From Psilocybe cubensis (lineage: Eukaryota): a DNA stretch of 64,000 nt. The translations under genes were made by a program, and so were the position numbers. The stretch's first letter is position 1. Each line of letters opens with the position of its first letter. The stretch is from positions 496,001 through 560,000 of the forward strand of contig CM039005.1 in NCBI GenBank assembly GCA_017499595.2. Reading direction: 5' to 3'. This document shows, in pieces, positions 1 to 13,121 of this stretch. The notes under the pieces were generated by a model. It was given only the letters and a program-made list of their open reading frames with translations, was not told the origin of the DNA and searched no databases.

Positions 1-1057
1 TTTTTTGGTGGATCCATTGGCTTCCACAAAGGGGTCAGAATAAGCGGCGGCATCAACCTTGCATTGTTTGTCATCGCCATAATCATAATGCGTACCAGAC
101 TCCCCCCAAAGAGCGCCCAAAAGTTCCCAATTTTATCTTGGATGAAAGAGCCCGCCTACCTAGCGCTGTTTATCGGGTATTTGTTCCTCCAGACTGAGCA
201 TACATATCAAAATTGAATGAGCTTGACTAGATCATGGTTCGTCTTCTTGGGGCTTTTCTATCCCATATTTTATATACAGCTCTCAGCTATCAAACATGGG
301 ATTGATCACACGTTTGCGTTTTACTCAGTAGGTTCTTTTCTCATTACGTTCACAAGGTGCTTATCAAATAATCAGCTCTCTATTCTCAATGGAGCAAGCG
401 TTCTTGGACGAATACTTCCAGGCGTCCTTGCCCCTCGGCTAGGAGCGTACAATCTTCTTTCGTTCTGCGGGATTGTGGCGGGAGTTGTTGTTATATTTAT
501 GGTCTTTGCTAACGACGTTACCTCTGTAACACTGGTTGCAATATTCTATGGCCTGTTTTCAGGATCCTCTATTGCGTTGGTTCCATCTGTTGTCGGTGAG
601 TTGTCGCGTTGTACACTAAGTTAGTTCAAATCCATGGTAATATCATGAACTGCAGGAAGTCTATGTGCAAACATGAATGAGTTTGGAACAAGGATGGGGA
701 TTATGTTCTTTTGTGCAGGTAAGCATACGATTCTAATCGGTTCCAACTACTTTCTGACGAAAAGGGATTAAAGGTATATTGGGTCTTTTCGGTGAGGAAT
801 CCATGGTCTCATAGTCTGAAGTAAACTCAAAAGCATGGGTTCTAAAAATAGCGACTCCGATATCTGGTGCCTTGCTCACGAGCGATTACCATTGGATTAG
901 AGCGGATCTCTTTTCGGGGGTGAGTAGTCATACTATGAATGTGACACTCTGTAAAATATAACTTGATCAACTTTAGATCTCGCTTATTGTTGCGGGGATA
1001 TTCTTTTTGATTTCTAGATATTTTGTATCCAAGCAGCGTAACACTCAAATTCTGTAG
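1..1057 (+). CDS. MFS transporter, monocarboxylate (MCT/Mch-like) family; 5'-truncated by the window edge, spliced
   Basis: Hand-spliced exons give ...GFHKGVRISGGINLALFVIAIIIMRTRLPPK...LGLFYPIFYIQLSA...LNGASVLGRILPG...EFGTRMGIMFF...TPISGALL...; hydrophobic TM pattern; GT-AG introns; TAG at 1055-1057. Confidence 0.85.
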
Positions 1058-1113
1058 CAAATCTTCATTATACATTCAGTAAATTATGCGAACTTGTATA
1101 GCCTACTAAATCT

Positions 1114-2246
1114 TTATTCTAGCATCTTTTCTACTGGTACTATGACCAGCTCCGGAACGAGCACGTTTACCTCCCAGCGTTTGAACAGTAGGTCACCGAC
1201 CCAAATGTCTACATATACTAGAGACGGACTTGCTTTAAAAAGCGCTGCAACCTCGCTTTGGATTTCTTCTGACCGATATATTTTTTCGACAACAGTGGGA
1301 TACGGAAACGGGACCTTGGAAACATCCGGCCTGATTATGAAACGCTTGAGACAAGGGAACTTCTTAGTTATGTTGATTAGCTAGCACATTCTATCAGTTT
1401 GCGAGTGGAACGAAGAATTTCTATACTCACATTTGACATAGCTTGATTGGTGCATATTTCCAAGACCTCCACATTCTGTAGCCTTCGTAAACCGTTCTGG
1501 AGCTGACTGGAGAATAGACGCGAAAGGGTTTCCATTGATATAGAAAGTCCTCTTATGCCTGATAATTCCTCAAGCTGAGAGGCATGAAAAAGTATATTGA
1601 AATACGACCATGGACGATGTGCACGCCACGGATACTCCCTCCAGTACAGTTTGCTGATTGAACGTCCAGGAAGGGCTGCGCATATGAGGTCGACGTCACC
1701 GTCCAAGGTGTGTAAGTCCGGTACAATGTCTGAAGGAATGTTTTGGTTAAGTTGGCAGCTCAGTTGGAGAAATTTGAGCTTGTGCTGAGTCCTGAGAAAT
1801 TGCGTGACACCGTCCTGACGATGGCGACCTTCGACTGCCCAAACAAATCTCTCCAACTGGAATGGTATTTCTTCACCCTCGCTTACTTGAGGAAACGGAT
1901 TCTCGGATTTGGCGAAAAGGCTGAGGTACACCAATTCCTTGAGATTAGTCATTTGCTTGATGCAGCAAAGAACAAGCTGCCAGCTAAGCGACCCATCCGA
2001 TACGTCATGTGTGGGAATATGATAGACACGTACGAGCGTGGCGAGTTGTGGATTATCTCGTAATGTGGCCAGGAACTTGACTTGTGCTGCTCCTTGGTAG
2101 GTCATTGATCTATAAAGTAGGGGCATGGCTTCCCAATAAAATATCTTGCAGCTCAGTGTCAGTGAATGAAGCTCTGATCGATGCGTCGTTAGATGTTCGA
2201 ATATTGGCCGAATCAATTCAGGTGGTACAAAGAGGCCCGTAGACAT
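1114..2246 (-). CDS. F-box-like hypothetical protein (2 exons)
   Basis: 289-aa ORF starting MSTGLFVPPELIRPIFEHL...LHSLTLSCKIFYWEAMPLLY (F-box-like). A GTGAGT...TAG intron at about 1381-1430 joins an in-frame last exon ending KMLE-stop at 1114. Confidence 0.7.
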
Positions 2247-2997
2247 CTAATGATTTTGTTAGGTTAATCTGAGAGAAAATTTACATACTCAATGAGCGTG
2301 GATAATACGCTTACACTTGAAGAGACGATGTGAACGCGCGATGAACTATCGAGAGACGGAAAAGGTCACTGTGCCACGGGTAGTCAATCGGATACCCTGT
2401 GTTCTCTGTTCACTCGGGTCTGGAATATGCCGGTTCTGTAAGATACCTCAATGTATGTGTTTACTTACCGTTATATATCGCGTAGCTAATAGGTATCTGA
2501 CAGCTATTTGCCTCTCCTAGCCTCTTTCTAAGTTGCGGGTTTATTTTTAGCGCAGAAGAGTCCCTATTTCACGCGGTTCTATTTTTAGATGCATGAACAA
2601 GCGCCGCCCATATCACAGGCTCGCTGCCCGAAAGCATAAATTGAACAAAGTGCGTCTACAAAATTAAAGAATACAACTCTTTACAGCTCTATGGACTTAC
2701 ATTTTTGCAGATATACACAATTCATCCGACGACAGATTGATTGATTCTACGAATTGAAGTTTTGAGTTGTCTGAGACTCGATAGGAGATTCGAGAGAAAC
2801 GTATTGGTATAGGAGACTCAACTTCGCGTATAGGAGTCGGAAGATAGGAGTGTTTCAAGTTCAATATGTATAAAATATGCTCTTGTCACCGCCCTTTGTT
2901 GTCCATTCACACACCCATTCTTACCATCAACTGCGAATTCTTCTCACTCCCAATAACACTCACCACTGGAAAATTAAATTTTACTCCACCTGCGACC

Positions 2998-3645
2998 ATG
3001 TCGACGATCAAGTCCATCAGCCCAAACTCAAAGGTCACAGGACCAGTACACCACATCTATCCCAAAACATCTCCACCGAAACGCTATTATTTCGGTGCCC
3101 CCACTCCGGAGATGACGCCCGAATCCTCAGAGGCTGGCGATTCCGTCAAGCTAGCGGAGGTAAAAGCCCCTCCACCTCTGGATCTTCCTTTGCGTTTGTC
3201 CTTAACACGGTCACAGGAGTCGAATCACGGTTCAGCTATCACATCGACTTCTCCCCACACCGGGGCGTCTACGTCTTCCGAGGAGTCGGCCTTAGTCCAA
3301 CAGCTACACAACCGTATTCCTAAAGGACCAGCTCCAGATGTTCGAAGGAAAAAGCACATCTTCGGTTCTGGCCGCGCTCTTCCTTACTCCATACGGGAAG
3401 AGGACGAGCGCGACGCAGCTTCGTCATCTCACTCTATCAGGTCCATTCTCAAAAATGCACATCAGAAGAGTGCAGCGTCCAGCTCGACCCTCTTTGCATC
3501 TGAACACGTTTCGCGGCCAAACGTAATGACGAGAGCCTCAAGAGACAGGTCGTTCAAGAAGCGCCAGTCATTCCGGAAGCGTGTCCGCCGCATCTTCGGA
3601 GGCGGAAAGGGTGGTATCAAAGGCGGGGATAGGATGCGTCATTAA
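2998..3645 (+). CDS. Hypothetical Ser/Pro/Arg-rich, probably disordered protein
   Basis: Long uninterrupted ORF; ACCATG start context at 2998; no recognisable domain. Confidence 0.55.
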   Translation: MSTIKSISPNSKVTGPVHHIYPKTSPPKRYYFGAPTPEMTPESSEAGDSVKLAEVKAPPPLDLPLRLSLTRSQESNHGSAITSTSPHTGASTSSEESALVQQLHNRIPKGPAPDVRRKKHIFGSGRALPYSIREEDERDAASSSHSIRSILKNAHQKSAASSSTLFASEHVSRPNVMTRASRDRSFKKRQSFRKRVRRIFGGGKGGIKGGDRMRH

Positions 3646-3763
3646 ATTTCACCAGTCGTTTGCATTCTGTTTCCTAAATGAACGATATATTTCATAGCAT
3701 TCTTTGTGAAAAAATGAAATGATATCAAGAATCAGTATTGAATATCCTACTAGATCAATAAAG

Positions 3764-5160
3764 TCAGAACGGGCTAGTGTCAATTAGTGGGTTTAACCCA
3801 AATATGTTCGTGTGCTCGAACACAAGTTGACAGTATTGGTATTCTGGTGTCAACTCCCAGGTCCGGCTCACTGGTCCTTGAAGTCCTCCTTGTCTCCACT
3901 CCGTGAAGAAATTCCATTCATATGGATGCCAGTTGGATTCCCGTCGAATATTGACATGGCGGATAAATAGATTGCACTTAAACACATATTCAACTTTCTT
4001 CTTGACTTGGGTTACGTCGTTGTGCTCTGAAACGTTCGAAAAGAAAATTTGTCGCAGTGCTGGAAACGTTTGACCCAAATTCATATCCTATGTGAAGATC
4101 CCAAGTCGACATTAGCCTGGGTCAAATACCGGTTCAAAAAGCACTTACAAAAGCAAACTTAATATCCCCCAATACAAGGCCGATCATTTGGGGAAACGAT
4201 TCAGCCGTGGAACACAGGTATTGGAGTGCCGCTTCCTCATACCCATGCGCGAGACTGAGAAAAGTCAGGTTGAGGAACTTATCCATCCGGCAAAGTTTGC
4301 GGCAGAGATCTGCGATGTCCGCTGTAGAAAGATGGTTCAAAAGTTCTGGTCTGTGCATCCGCCATCGCACTCCCTCAATGCTATCACGCTCTGGGAGAAC
4401 AGCGACGAGAACTTCCACAGAGGAGTCCAGGTAACGAAGATTGAGGGGTATCTTCTCCTTGTAGCTTGGAGGGAGGGGCCTTGTTGATATCCATCTCAAG
4501 TAAACCAAGCTGTTTTGGGTAGTGAGAAACTCGAGCGCCTTTTCATCTTCCTCAGGGCGCCTTGCGTCCGAGTGCCATGTAAAATTAATGAGTTGAAATG
4601 GTCTCTTCCTGGTCTTCAAGTTGGGGAAATGTCGGGGAAGAGGTTGTCGCTCAGAACTTCCAGGTACGAGAGGGTTTTCAATCGTTCGATAAACCAAGTC
4701 ATTTAGGCCAGTCATGAGGGGAAGACACTGTTTGATGTATTTATAGACGTGACCAGTGCGGGTTTCCGATGTTGGTGTAGAGTAAATGCGTACATGGCGC
4801 GCCAGGCGACGATTTTTTAACAGAGTGCGCAGAAACATAGAATGCGTTCGCCCTGATTTGGAGAGCATTTGGCGAAACAACACGCGCGACGCCGCCTCGT
4901 TGAAACTTTGCGACACACGTCTCAATTTACATAGTATAAATCGTACGGCAGTCCAGTCTTCGTTGTCTGGGTCGAGATTATCTGGCACACGGAGTTGCTC
5001 GATTATCATATCGAGCATTTCTTGAGGAAGGATACGTATGATTCCTGAAATCGAGTGGCGTTTAGCACGAACCACGAACCGTAAGGCGACGGACTCAAGA
5101 TTGCACACCTTCGGCGGAACGAAATTGCAATCCGACAATTGCACGCACCGACCTCGACAT
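3764..5160 (-). CDS. F-box-like hypothetical protein (3 coding exons)
   Basis: ATG at 5160. An intron at about 5046-5108 joins to GIIRILPQEMLDMIIEQL...LRRVSQSFNEAASRVLF (F-box-like). A second GTAAGT intron joins the 3764-4084 ORF. Architecture resembles the 1114-2246 gene. Confidence 0.7.
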
Positions 5161-5844
5161 GACAGAAACAATGTTCGCGGTGGTGATGGGGTTGAAGACA
5201 GTTGGGGTCGTATAACGAACGTTTAGCCTTAGATCGATAAAGACTGAAGTCAAGGTGGGTGTCGGGGCATATCGCTATCAATATAGGGATTTGAGAACAA
5301 AGGAATTGAAAGATTAGTCAATCACACTTCACATCAATGACAAGGTTAAATTACATACCTTGTCGAGTGGCACTGTAACCGTGACGGTCTACTGCCAAGA
5401 GTTTAGAATCCCGCCCAAAAAATAAGGGGTGTAAGTGGTATACATAACAAAAACAATCGAAAGGAAGCGCTTCTCAGCACGTATAGTACACTTGCTGGAT
5501 TTTGATTTGCATCGGCCTGCGACAAAAAGAAATTAGAAACGCAACTAGTGAAGGGAAGGAACGTCGATGGGGCAACTACAGTCCACAAAAAGGGAACTAT
5601 CGCTTTCACCAATTTATCAACATGAGAAGTACTGCCCAAGTAATAAACATCGTGAGAGGAGATAGGGACGCCGTGTATCAATTACATCAAGTAACGTTCG
5701 CAGAGTTCCTGTAACACGATCTCCAAGTAGACATATCAAAACCTTCACAAATGCATAACACTTATATTGCGCATAAAGTCATGTATACCGACGCATGTAT
5801 AATATTGACCAACTCATACATCCATAAGACCAGAAGTACAGTGT

Positions 5845-6477
5845 TTAAGCAACGAGGGTAGAAGCGGTAGCAGAGTCGTATTTGAAGGTAGGGGGGATCT
5901 GCTGCTTGGTCTTGTAGTAACGGGCGAGTCTGTGAATTCTGGACTCGATCAAGATAAGACGGAACTTGGAGTCCTTGTCTTTCCTGTTGACCTCAAGGTG
6001 CTTGCGCACAGAGACCGCCTTTTTGATGAGGTGCCAAAGGTCCTCAGGGATGGAAGGCCCAAGTCCTATCCCCAAACAAAAAGTGTGTGTATAATGTTAC
6101 ACATGGACAAGACGAGAGGAAAGAGTGATGAGAAGATAAAGAAAAATTGCACATGAGCAGTAGCTGAGGATAGATCATTCCAACACGTACCTTGGGACTT
6201 GAGGATACGGAGGATCTTGTTTCCGGTGACGAAGCGGACCTGGGGGATTCCGTGCGAGTCACGGAGAGTAACACCAATCTGGGATGGGGTCAAACCCTTG
6301 CGGGCAAGCTTGACGATCTGATCAACGACATCCTCAGGAGTGGTCTTGAGCCACGAAGGAGGAGTGCGGCGGTAGGGGAGAGCAGAGGACGCTAAAATGC
6401 GTGTTAGATAAATTTGGGGAGAAAAAAAAATTCCATGACATACAAATGCCCTTGCCCGGTGCGTGCATACGACCCAT
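5845..6477 (-). CDS. RPS13: 40S ribosomal protein S13 (uS15)
   Basis: [20 protein letters not shown]...[16 protein letters not shown]...[47 protein letters not shown]; introns 6392-6443 and 6066-6190; probable 5'UTR intron 6485-6536. Confidence 0.98.
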
Positions 6478-6856
6478 TTTGACTCTAAAGCTGAGTGAGC
6501 TGGAAGTTGCAAGTAGATATGGACGCTGCGGCTCACGATGAAGAAAGGTTGGACGGTCTTGAGGAGGTTTTGTTGTCGGTCGGTACGTCGAGGACGAATG
6601 GTGAGGAGCAAAACAACAGTGCCGCACGTTGCCGAGCGGTGGCTGAAAGGACTATACAGAACCAAACCTTAATTGTGCCGAGGAAATATTGTTTGTTCGT
6701 GTTACTTGTGCACCCAGCAGGCCCCCCACTCACATCCTACCCTCCTCATCGCCCATTGCAAGAGGTACGTTGCCGCCGACGGTGACCATCAACTTTTGCC
6801 GCAAGGTGCGCCGTGTATTGCCATCACTATGGAGAAATGCTGACCTTGCCTGTAGT

Positions 6857-7800
6857 ATGAAGCTCAATATTGCCAGTGAGCATTGTTCATCAACAGCCAG
6901 CTTGGCTATGGTTTATTGACCAAGTTCATCATCGTAGACCCCGCCACAGGGGCACAAAAACTTGTCGACCTCGACGATGAGAAACGCTAGTGCGTTTGAA
7001 GCATGCAATTCTGATGGATTCGTTTACTCAATTTTGTAACAGCCGTGTTTTCTTCGACAAGAAAATCGCACAAGAGGTTCCCGGAGACTCTATTGGCGAC
7101 GAGTGGAAGGGCTACATTTTCCGCATTACCGGTGGAAACGACAAGCAAGGTTTCCCCATGAAGCAGGGTGTCCTCCTCCCCCACCGTGTCCGACTCCTCC
7201 TCTCCGACGGACACTCGTGCTACCGTATCCGCCGCACTGGTGAACGCCGCCGCAAATCCGTTCGTGGCTGCATCGTCGGCCCCGATATCGCTGTTCTCTC
7301 CTTGATCATTGTTAAGCAGGGAGAGTCAGATATCCCCGGACTTACAGATGTCGTTCTCCCCAAGAGACTCGGTCCCAAGCGTGCCACCAAGATCAGGAAA
7401 TTCTTCAACTTGACCAAGGAGGACGATGTTAGGAAATACGTTGTGCGAAGAGAGGTCGTCAGCAAGAAGAAAGAGGGTGCTAAGCCATACACCAAGGCGT
7501 AAGTCCCCTTTACTTCATTTCTCGCGCTGCGTTGACTCCAACTTGATTTATCTTTAGTCCCAAGATCCAGAGACTGGTTACCCCCATCCGTCTCCAGCGC
7601 CGCCGTCACCTCCTCTCCCTCAAGCGCCGAAAGATCGAGCAACAGAAGGAGCAGAAGAGCGAATACGAGTATGTTTCTCTCAGTCTACTTCATCTGCAAC
7701 ATATTCTCAAAGAATTTATAGTGTCCTCATTGCCAAGCGCGTCGCAGAAAAGAAGGCCAAGGTTGCCGCTATCAAGGCCGCTCACCACAAGACAGCTTAA
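6857..7800 (+). CDS. RPS6: 40S ribosomal protein S6 (eS6)
   Basis: MKLNIANPATGAQK...[24 protein letters not shown]...[11 protein letters not shown]...[13 protein letters not shown]...[10 protein letters not shown]; four coding introns; probable 5'UTR intron 6806-6855. Confidence 0.98.
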
Positions 7801-9021
7801 TTGTATTTCCACTGTTTGCTGTGTTGTTACCCACGGTGACTTCATGAGGAGGATGGTTGCGGTTGTGTGGGGGTTTGTGCAAGCACCGCTTTTTTTTTCT
7901 CTTTACACCTCATGTGCTCCCACATCGCTCTCAATCGTTTTCTTTGTCATCCTCGTTTGATTACGATATGCTCTATGGTTATAAGAATACTGTAAGCTAT
8001 GTTGTTCTTTTGACAGGGATGTCTGGAGTCCGGACATAAACTCTTGAAATCTCATCGGTTAGTACGCCATGACTTGAAAAATTTTTAAATGTTCAGACAC
8101 TCAGCAACCATGTGTGTGGTGTCTACTCACGTTTTTGTGCCTGAGCTATAAAAACAAACTTTCATGTATTTTCTCCGCAGGCACGTTGTTATAAGTGTTA
8201 AATCCGTTCTGTTATCGCTGCATTTACCTTGTAGAATGTCAATGTTTTCATACCGTAGCACTTCCTTGGGAAACGTCGAGGTTTATTCTCATTGCATATT
8301 AGCGAGGTTCGTACTTGTCAGGAAGGCATCTTTTCTGAGTAGAGTTTATAATAAGTCTGACTTACCCGATTGGCTTTCACTATCACAGACTCAGATTTGT
8401 AGGCGTCTATTGATAGATAGACTTCAATTGCCTTTTATAGTGTGTCACCTTCCGTATTAGGTTTTCCGGATCTTCCAAGTCACTCTAGCCATGAGTAAAA
8501 GCCTAGCAGTCATTAATCGTCAAAGCCGGCATAGCTTTATCACAGTAGGCCCTATACATACAAGGCACTGCTTCAAGGACAGCGCGATGTTGAAGCCGCA
8601 TCTACTCCATTCTATGACGGCACGTCCGGCAGTAATTGGACACTATGTTTAAGTGAGAATTTACTGCAGCTACAGTACGAACCTAAAAACTCTTTGCAAG
8701 TCAAAGCACGGAAAAATGACACCGCACATGTCAGAAATTTTTCAAGATAACGAAAGGCATATCCGTAAACGGGTTTATTGAGAGCATCCGGGATCTGGGA
8801 TGGCCACTCAATCGACGCTTTCGGTGTCTGCCTTAGCAACGTTCAATATTTAGATTTCTACAGGTGACCGGATATAGTCTAAAAATACAAGCGTACTTGG
8901 TCATTGAGATTATCACGGTTGGTCAATTATCCTGAAGCATAAAAGGGATAGACTCCAGCTATTGACAAGAAGTCATCCAACACCCTCCATCTGCTCCGAG
9001 TTTCTCTTCTTGCCTGCATCA

Positions 9022-11550
9022 ATGTCTACTGCACTAGAGAAACATCGAGCAATGACAGAGAACAGAATGAACGAGAAATTTCCTTCTTCTTCCAACGAGT
9101 CAGAGAGGCCTGCTGACGCACTGGAATACGAACTCGACGGGATACACGATGGACTCGTCTTCCCCACAGAGGAAGAGCGAGCTACATTGCGACGCGTACC
9201 GGATACCATTCCTTGGAGCTCCTACTGTAAGCCAAATCTAATCTATCCAGAACGAGATGTTCGTTGATATCTTTAACCCATACAGTAATAGCATTTGTTG
9301 AAGGAGCAGAACGGTTTTCGGTACGTACGACCGTACTATATTGCTATCACGAGCTGACAGAAATTAGTTTTACGGGTCTAGCGTCGTCTTTGTAAGTGGA
9401 TGCCACTTTGATACAGAAAGTGAAATAACAGTCTGCAGACGAATTTCATTCAACGCTCGTTACCTCCTGGCTCGAAAACAGGAGCAGGTGGGCTTCACGG
9501 ACAGGCCGGTGCACTGGGAAAAGGACAACGGGCATCCACAGGGCTGACTACGTTCTTTCTCTTTTGGTAGGTCAAATCATCCATTAGTGATTTTTACCAA
9601 TCTCACAATACCAGGTGTTATGTTACGCCATTAATCGGAGCTTACATTGCCGATGGTCATTGGGGGCGGTTCAAGACGATTTGGGTTGCAGTATTCATTG
9701 CCTTCATCGGTCACATCGTTCTCATTGTATCTGCCCTTCCTGGAGTAATTGAGACTAACGGGGCAATTGGCGCCTTCATCGTTGCCATTATTACCATTGG
9801 ACTCGGTACGATTTGCCTCTTGCCGTTATCTTAATACTCATATTAATAAATTCAGGTGCCGGCATGTTCAAGGCAAATATCGCTCCTCTGGTTGCCGAGC
9901 AGTATAAGCGCACTAAACTCTTTGTCGTAACAACCTCTTCCGGTGAAAGGGTCGTCGTTGATCCGTCGTTGACTGTCTTACGAATTTACATGGTACGTCT
10001 CAGGAACGATCCTTTATCACCGTCGCTGACGCGAAATATACATCCAGTACTACTATTTAATGATAAACGTCGGTGCCCTGATCGGATCTATTGCTATGCC
10101 ATATGCTGAGAAGGTGCATCTTCCTCCAAGCCCCGATCGATGATGTACAGCACTAATTGCCTCGTCGGTCCCTACAGTTTATTGGATTTTATTTGGCTTT
10201 CACTCTGCCTACGGCCATCTTTTTAATTTGCCCGATTGTCTTGTACGTGTCGCGGAACAAGTACACCAGATCCCCTCCAACTACCTCCGTACTTGGAACA
10301 TCCATTCGTCTTTGGAGACACGCAGCACGCGGAAAATGGACTTTAAACCCAATCCAGCTCTACAAAAATTTTAATGCACCGGGATTCTGGGAAAATGCAA
10401 AGCCCAGCAAGCAGATCGGCGAAAAGCCAACATGGATGGTCTTTGATGATTTATGGGTGGACGAGGTTCGCCGAGGGGTAAAAGCTTGTTCCGTGTTCCT
10501 GTGGTACCCAATTTACTGTACGTATAATGCGGCACATCTCGTCGAGTCTGATTATACGGGAACTAACAGCGACCCCCATCTTAAGGGCTCGCATACAATC
10601 AGTTCAGCGGTAATTTGACATCCCAAGCCGCCACCATGACGCTCCACGGTATCCCCAACGACGTTGTATTGAATCTAGATCCTCTCGTCTTGATCGTTTG
10701 TATCGTGCTTTGCGACCTTTTCGTAAGTGCTCTTCAAATTTGACGGGATCAAGCACTAAATAAATCAATCACCGACTTAGATATATCCAGCACTTCGTAG
10801 AATGGGGATTAACTTCAGTGCCTTGAAGAAAATAACAGCCGGCTTCATGGCTGGCGGTGCAGGAATGCTGTGGGCGGCAGGTGAGCTATTTTTATCTCGG
10901 AACAAAGTACTTAGACTGAGGTATTGACGTGTATTTCAGTTGTTCAACATTACATTTACAAGGTATATATCATGTTTCTAAGAAACCCGATACTTTAGGT
11001 GTGCTGACTCTACTGCCGTACAGACAAACCCATGTGGAAACCATGCCTCCGAATGTGATGGGGTCTCCCCATTGAGCGTATGGATCCAATCTGGATCGTA
11101 AGTACAATATCATATAGGCTGGAAGAGCGGCTCCATGCTCATGAACAAATTACTAGATACGTTTTTCTGGCTATCAGTGAAGTGCTTGCATCCATCACGG
11201 GTCTTGAGTACGCTTTTACGAAAGCACCTAAAAACATGCGGTCTCTCGTTATGTCTGTGTTTCTATTCATGACTGCGATATCCTCCGCTTTGAGCGAGGC
11301 TTTTGTTTGTGAGTCCTAAAATTCGAATCACTATATATGTGTCTTCTCATACTGCGCTCTTATCCCAGCCTTATCCGGAGACCCCTTGCTCGTGTGGAAC
11401 TACGGAGTTATCAGCGTAATGATTTTTGTCACAGGAAGCCTATTTTGGTGGTCTGTTAGAGATCTTGACGCGAAGGAAGACGAACTCAACAATATTCCTG
11501 AGGGACACATGGGTGCCCCTATTAATGAGGCGTCTAAGCAAAATGCCTGA
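9022..11550 (+). CDS. PTR2: POT/PTR family di/tripeptide transporter (Ptr2-like), many short exons
   Basis: Spliced motifs IAFVEGAERFSFYG (ExxER), YVTPLIGAYIADGHWGRFKTI, GMFKANIAPLVAEQY, SEVLASITGLEYAFTKAPKNMRS. Confidence 0.92.
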
Positions 11551-11970
11551 TGCAACCAAATGATTTTTTTTACTTCAATATCTTGCTCATCGTGTAGTTT
11601 ATTGTCTAGTGTGCTGGTCACTCACTAATTAATGTAATCATTGCTTTCTTCTCAAAATACGACTCCGAAAAACAGAGACACTTTACCCTACTTAATGGGG
11701 ATTGTCTTTCTGATATCAACTGATGAAATAAGCGCCCATAATGCTGCTAGATCTGGCAGCCTTTTGCCCCATGTTAAACACAATTAATCGTAGACAGTGC
11801 GTGCTTTTGCGATTATTATGTTATCATCTCCGTCAACGCATAATAAATTGATAATGCATGTAGGGCCTACATCTGGAATTGAACTGACATCTGGAATTGA
11901 ACTGTTGCTATCAACAAGTGAATTACGAAAATTTCTGGGATTTAAACTTGAATCAAGTCAAACATCACTC

Positions 11971-12889
11971 TTATTGCGGCACGGGAGTATGCTTCTTGCA
12001 TTTTGCATACCCAATTGTTCGATACGGCAGTTGCATCTGGTTACACAGTTTCCGATTGCAGTCTTCGCACACCGGTGATTCCGCAACACCCAAATCCACC
12101 ATTCTTTGCAAGCGAGTCTTCCAATGATCATCCCAAGGTGGAAGGTTCTTTGGTGGGGGACTAAGACCTAACGGGGCCATCATACACATATCAAACTCCG
12201 GCATAGCAATGTATACGAGAGCGAGTGGCCCACGTCGTGCCTCAGGGGTCTTGTCCATTTCGGAGATCATTTTGATGCTATATGCCATCTCAGGATTAAT
12301 CTCGATGATTTCGGCAATGGGGACCACTACTGCGTCCGCGACGCCAAACGCTGTCCAGATGTCCTTGGTTTTCTGTGGGGCATTCAGTTTGGTAAATTTG
12401 GGTACCACATATACTACGAGAAGGTGGGTTTGGTATGCATTCGGTGCGCCATGCCATAACTTGAGCGCTTCAGTATAGGAATGAGCAAGCAACACTGAAT
12501 AATGCTAACGACCTCGGTCACCAACTGAGCAAATGCACTTGAAAAACTACCGCTTACCTGTGACCATTTTTTAATTTTACTTGCCGTATCGCTTAAAGTC
12601 AGTCCGTAGATGGTGGGTGATTCATTAGACGCCTGATTCAGCAAGTCGATTTGCTCCTTTAGACGCCCGCAGAGCTCCTTGTGTTCACGCCAATCTTTCT
12701 TTTGACACTCCCGCGACTAAAATGTTAACAATTGGCATAGAACAAAGAATTAAGCAAAACGGGTCCACATACGCAGTACGAAGAGCGTTGGCATTGTGCA
12801 CACGTTTTGAGTGGGAAACGTTTGCTGTTTTCTTTGTGGCAATATTGGCATTTTTGCCTTCCAAGCGCTCGTGGTAGCAGTGGTGGCAT
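11971..12889 (-). CDS. MYND-type zinc-finger protein, paralog 1
   Basis: Exon 1 MPPLLPRALGRQKCQYCHKENSKRFPLKTCAQCQRSSYC, intron, SRECQKKDWREHKELC (MYND Cys/His pattern); the third exon is the 11971-12495 ORF. Confidence 0.8.
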
Positions 12890-13121
12890 GGTGATAAGAA
12901 GTGTTCAAATATTCTGCGCTGTTTCAGAAACAAGAACCCAATAAACCTGCCCCAATTTGGTACTGGGTACCGATCACTTCGTTAGACGGATGCGGGATTT
13001 TGTCAGGGCAGTTGGTAACCGTACGCCAGGTGAGAATAGGAAGGTGGCGCCCGTAATAATTATATACAGTAGACTGGCACTATTATAACCAGACATAAAC
13101 CTCGATGAAATTAGGCACCTC

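Noticed and set aside
6125-6167. GTGATGA...CTGA C/D-box-like pair in the RPS13 intron
   Set aside because: Antisense to the host gene and only about 43 nt long
11869-11904. Exact 18-bp tandem duplication ACATCTGGAATTGAACTG x2
   Set aside because: Isolated slippage or repair duplication with no associated element
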